Source: Phallusia mammillata
Taxonomy: Eukaryota
Reading direction: 5' to 3'
NCBI GenBank assembly: GCA_965637545.1
Contig: OZ281495.1
Coordinates: 3,348,001 to 3,412,000, forward strand
DNA length: 64,000 nucleotides
Under the pieces are notes generated by a model, which did not search any database, was not told the DNA's origin, and was given only the letters and a program-made list of their open reading frames with translations. The position numbers and the translations under genes are program-made. Shown here one piece after another: positions 61,419 through 64,000 of this stretch; positions within the stretch are counted from its first letter, which is position 1, and each line of letters starts with the position of its first letter.

Positions 61419-63771
61419 ATGACGTCAGCGAACGAGGTAAGTAAATTCTAAGGATAATTTGTTGCTTTTTTCACTTAGTAAAAGTTAAAAATAAAAAAAG
61501 TCAACATTTCGTGAAAATGTCGCCTGAACGCGTTTTTCTCTTAATTTCTTTGAGGTATTTAAATGTTGTGTAGACCACTTGTCACAAAACTTCTAACACC
61601 GTAAGTCATATTCGATAAAAGTTTATTGTTTGCCGGTAGTTGGCTTAAAGAGCAATTATTAAATTAAACATTTGGAAGGAACAGTGGTAAAGAACAAGTT
61701 TTAAAGGTAAAACTAAGTTTTTAGTTCCTTATTTTATTTATTTGAAAGATCACTCGCAAACTTTGTCTCATGCGAGTGATCATTTTTGTAAATTCTTCTG
61801 TCATGGCGTAAATATCTCGTGCGCAGTTTCGAAAATTGGACTGTGGTGACATCACTTGCAACCTTGATGAATTCGTGGCCGGTTCAGGAACTTTCGGGGA
61901 TGTTCTATTTGGATACCACAATGGGTTAAAGCAAGAAGTTGCCATCAAAGTATTTGAGGTGGCTGGTGGAACAAAGGAAAAGGCACGGCTTGAAAAAGCG
62001 TAAGTTATAAGATTTGTACACAATAAAATAACCACAGTTATGTCATTAATGTACTCTTTAGAATTAAAGACGAAATGGAACACTTGCTGAAAGCAGATCA
62101 TAAAAATGTCGTTCGAATTTTCGGCTACGTCCAATGGTCTTTCTCAATGGGAATTGTGATGGAATACTGCAAAGGTGGAGATTTAGAAACTTTACTAATG
62201 GATACATCCAAAGAACTGGACCTTTCTGTGCGCCTTCGCATTTTGTACGAAATAGCATCAGCATTGGCTTTCTGTCACAATTTACCAGACAAACGTTTAA
62301 TTCACCAGGACCTAAAACCTAAAAACGTCTTGCTAACTGAAGAGCTTAACTGCAAATTAGCTGATTTTGGAAGCTCGGAATTTACAACACACAGTACTTC
62401 GGCAACTGTAAATCTTTTGGCAAGAACCAAGAAAGAAAGGCCTCAATTTACTCCCTACTACACCGCTCCTGAAAAACTAAAAGATCTCACCACAAAACCG
62501 AGAAAGCAGCACGACGTTTATGCTTTTGGCATGATATTATATTGGGTACTGTTTCGTAAAGCACCTTATCCACGTCTGACAGACGAAGAGCGAAGGGAGT
62601 TATTGGAGAAAATCAAGAAAGGAAAAAGACCGAACTGTCAGGAAATACAGGATTGGATGCAAACTTTGGTCGGTGAAGACAAAGAAATCGTAGAGCAACT
62701 CCAACTACTGATGAAGCGATGCTGGGATCAAGATCCAACAAAACGCCCCACAATGACTGATATAAAAGAAGAATTAAAAACGCTTTTGGAAAAGCAAAAA
62801 TACACGAAGGTACCTTTTCAAGTTTCGACGACTTTGACGCAAATAAGTTTGGATGAGCAACCGCAAGTCACCGAAAGTCAACGCGTTCCACTTCACTTTT
62901 TCTCAACTCGATCCAGACGTTTTCATGGTAACATGACAACATACTAACAATAGAAAAATATTTTTACAGACTTACCACCGCCAGAAACATATTGCATTTA
63001 CTCGGTGTGTAGATAAATTGATTCACAAAGAGATAGTACACATAGTTTTGATCAATATTTTTAGTGACCTCCACATCAGTTGACACCGATGGGAAAGCAT
63101 CAGGACCGACAGAGAGTGCACTATACCAAGTGCAGTCTCCTTCCCATTATGGCAGTGTATCTACATCCAGCAGACAACAGCAGGAAGGTATGCTACATAA
63201 ATTAAATAGTGCATATTTTCAAAACATAAATCATAGTACGCCAGGCCTATTAAGGGTGTTGTACCGAATCAGCCGGTCTCCCAAGCATTCCCATATGGCA
63301 AGACCTAGACTAGAATGGGAATGCTTGGGAGACCGGCTGATTCGGTACAACACCCTTAATAGGTCTGGCGTACTATGATTTATCGATATGTATGCCGTGA
63401 TCGCTAATTTGCATCGACGCTTCAGGGCTGTTCCCAGTATGATTTTGTTTCATCTTAGTATTTTCAAAACATGTTTTTAGAGCCATCTACTCCCGATGAC
63501 GCAAATAGACGTTCTACCAAACCAACAGGGAGTGCACAAGAGCAATCACAATCTTCTTTTTCTCAACAAGAAGAAATTCCCACCACCAGCAAACCACAGG
63601 AACCTGGTAAGAGATGCATTAACTCGTTAAACTTAGTGCTGAAGTGCCTGAAGTCTTATTCGAACTTTTTTCAATTTTTAGATCCTATCAGACACGATGA
63701 TGAGAACATACCCACTGCACCACCAGATGAAACCGCTCATGCCAACATAATTTTACCACAGCAACCTACAG
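61419..63771 (+). CDS. K4: RIPK/TKL-like kinase with linker exons, continuing beyond the window
   Basis: Exons 61419-61436 (MTSANE), 61827-61999, 62062-62927, 63065-63187, 63481-63606 and 63682-63771. Motifs GSGTFG, VAIK, HQDLKPKN, DFG and APE are intact. Confidence 0.9.
63228..63458. mobile_element. SINE body with a self-complementary fold-back (67-bp inverted repeat, 20-nt loop)
   Basis: 63228-63294 is the reverse complement of 63315-63381 with one mismatch. The sequence matches the body of the SINE at 46132-46377. Confidence 0.88.
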
Positions 63772-64000
63772 GTAAACCAACAACAACCCATAGTTTTGCT
63801 CGGATTTCCCAAACTACATTTGTTGGTAAAGCCGTCAACGAAAATTTATCCACAACAACTCACAACCTGTTTAATGGAAAATGAACATATATCTAGTTCT
63901 TAACAACACCTAGTCAACGGACTCAAATAAGGAAAAACAACTGTAGAGTGTACGTGTGTCAGGACTACCCCACGGCGTGCAAAATATGTTTTACTTCAAT

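Noticed and set aside
1890-63884. Most 60-130-aa ORFs in the supplied track
   Set aside because: They are antisense or alternate-frame shadows of exons and retroelements, or intron read-through extensions, with no independent support.

Overview
This is AT-rich eukaryotic DNA with short GT-AG introns and no prokaryotic features. It is probably from a marine invertebrate such as an ascidian, which is inference from intron style and gene content only. The window holds a cluster of four spliced RIPK/TKL-like Ser/Thr kinase paralogs: K1 (+, from 7443), K2 (+, from 41197), K3 (-, from 49540) and K4 (+, from 61419). All four share an 18-nt first coding exon, a 170-173-nt exon and an 857-866-nt kinase exon. 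K1 can be spliced in frame into one very large protein: kinase, then 19 symmetric phase-1 low-complexity or helical cassette exons, then two tandem [helical hairpin - TPR-like - ZU5 - UPA] modules. Each ZU5 ends in an HFS motif like the autoproteolysis sites of PIDD1 and UNC5CL. K2 and K3 form a tail-to-tail inverted duplication around a 200-N gap. K1, K2 and K3 each sit head-to-head with a degraded, internally amplified multi-exon gene relic that I cannot identify. Mobile DNA includes several hAT-type MITEs with 8-bp target-site duplications (TSDs), a long inverted-arm element, tRNA-derived SINEs (one folded into a 67-bp hairpin), a truncated Penelope-like element with a hammerhead-like motif, an RTE LINE with a 13-bp TSD and a decayed hAT transposase. 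All gene models were read by eye from splice signals and reading phase, so exon inclusion is unverified.
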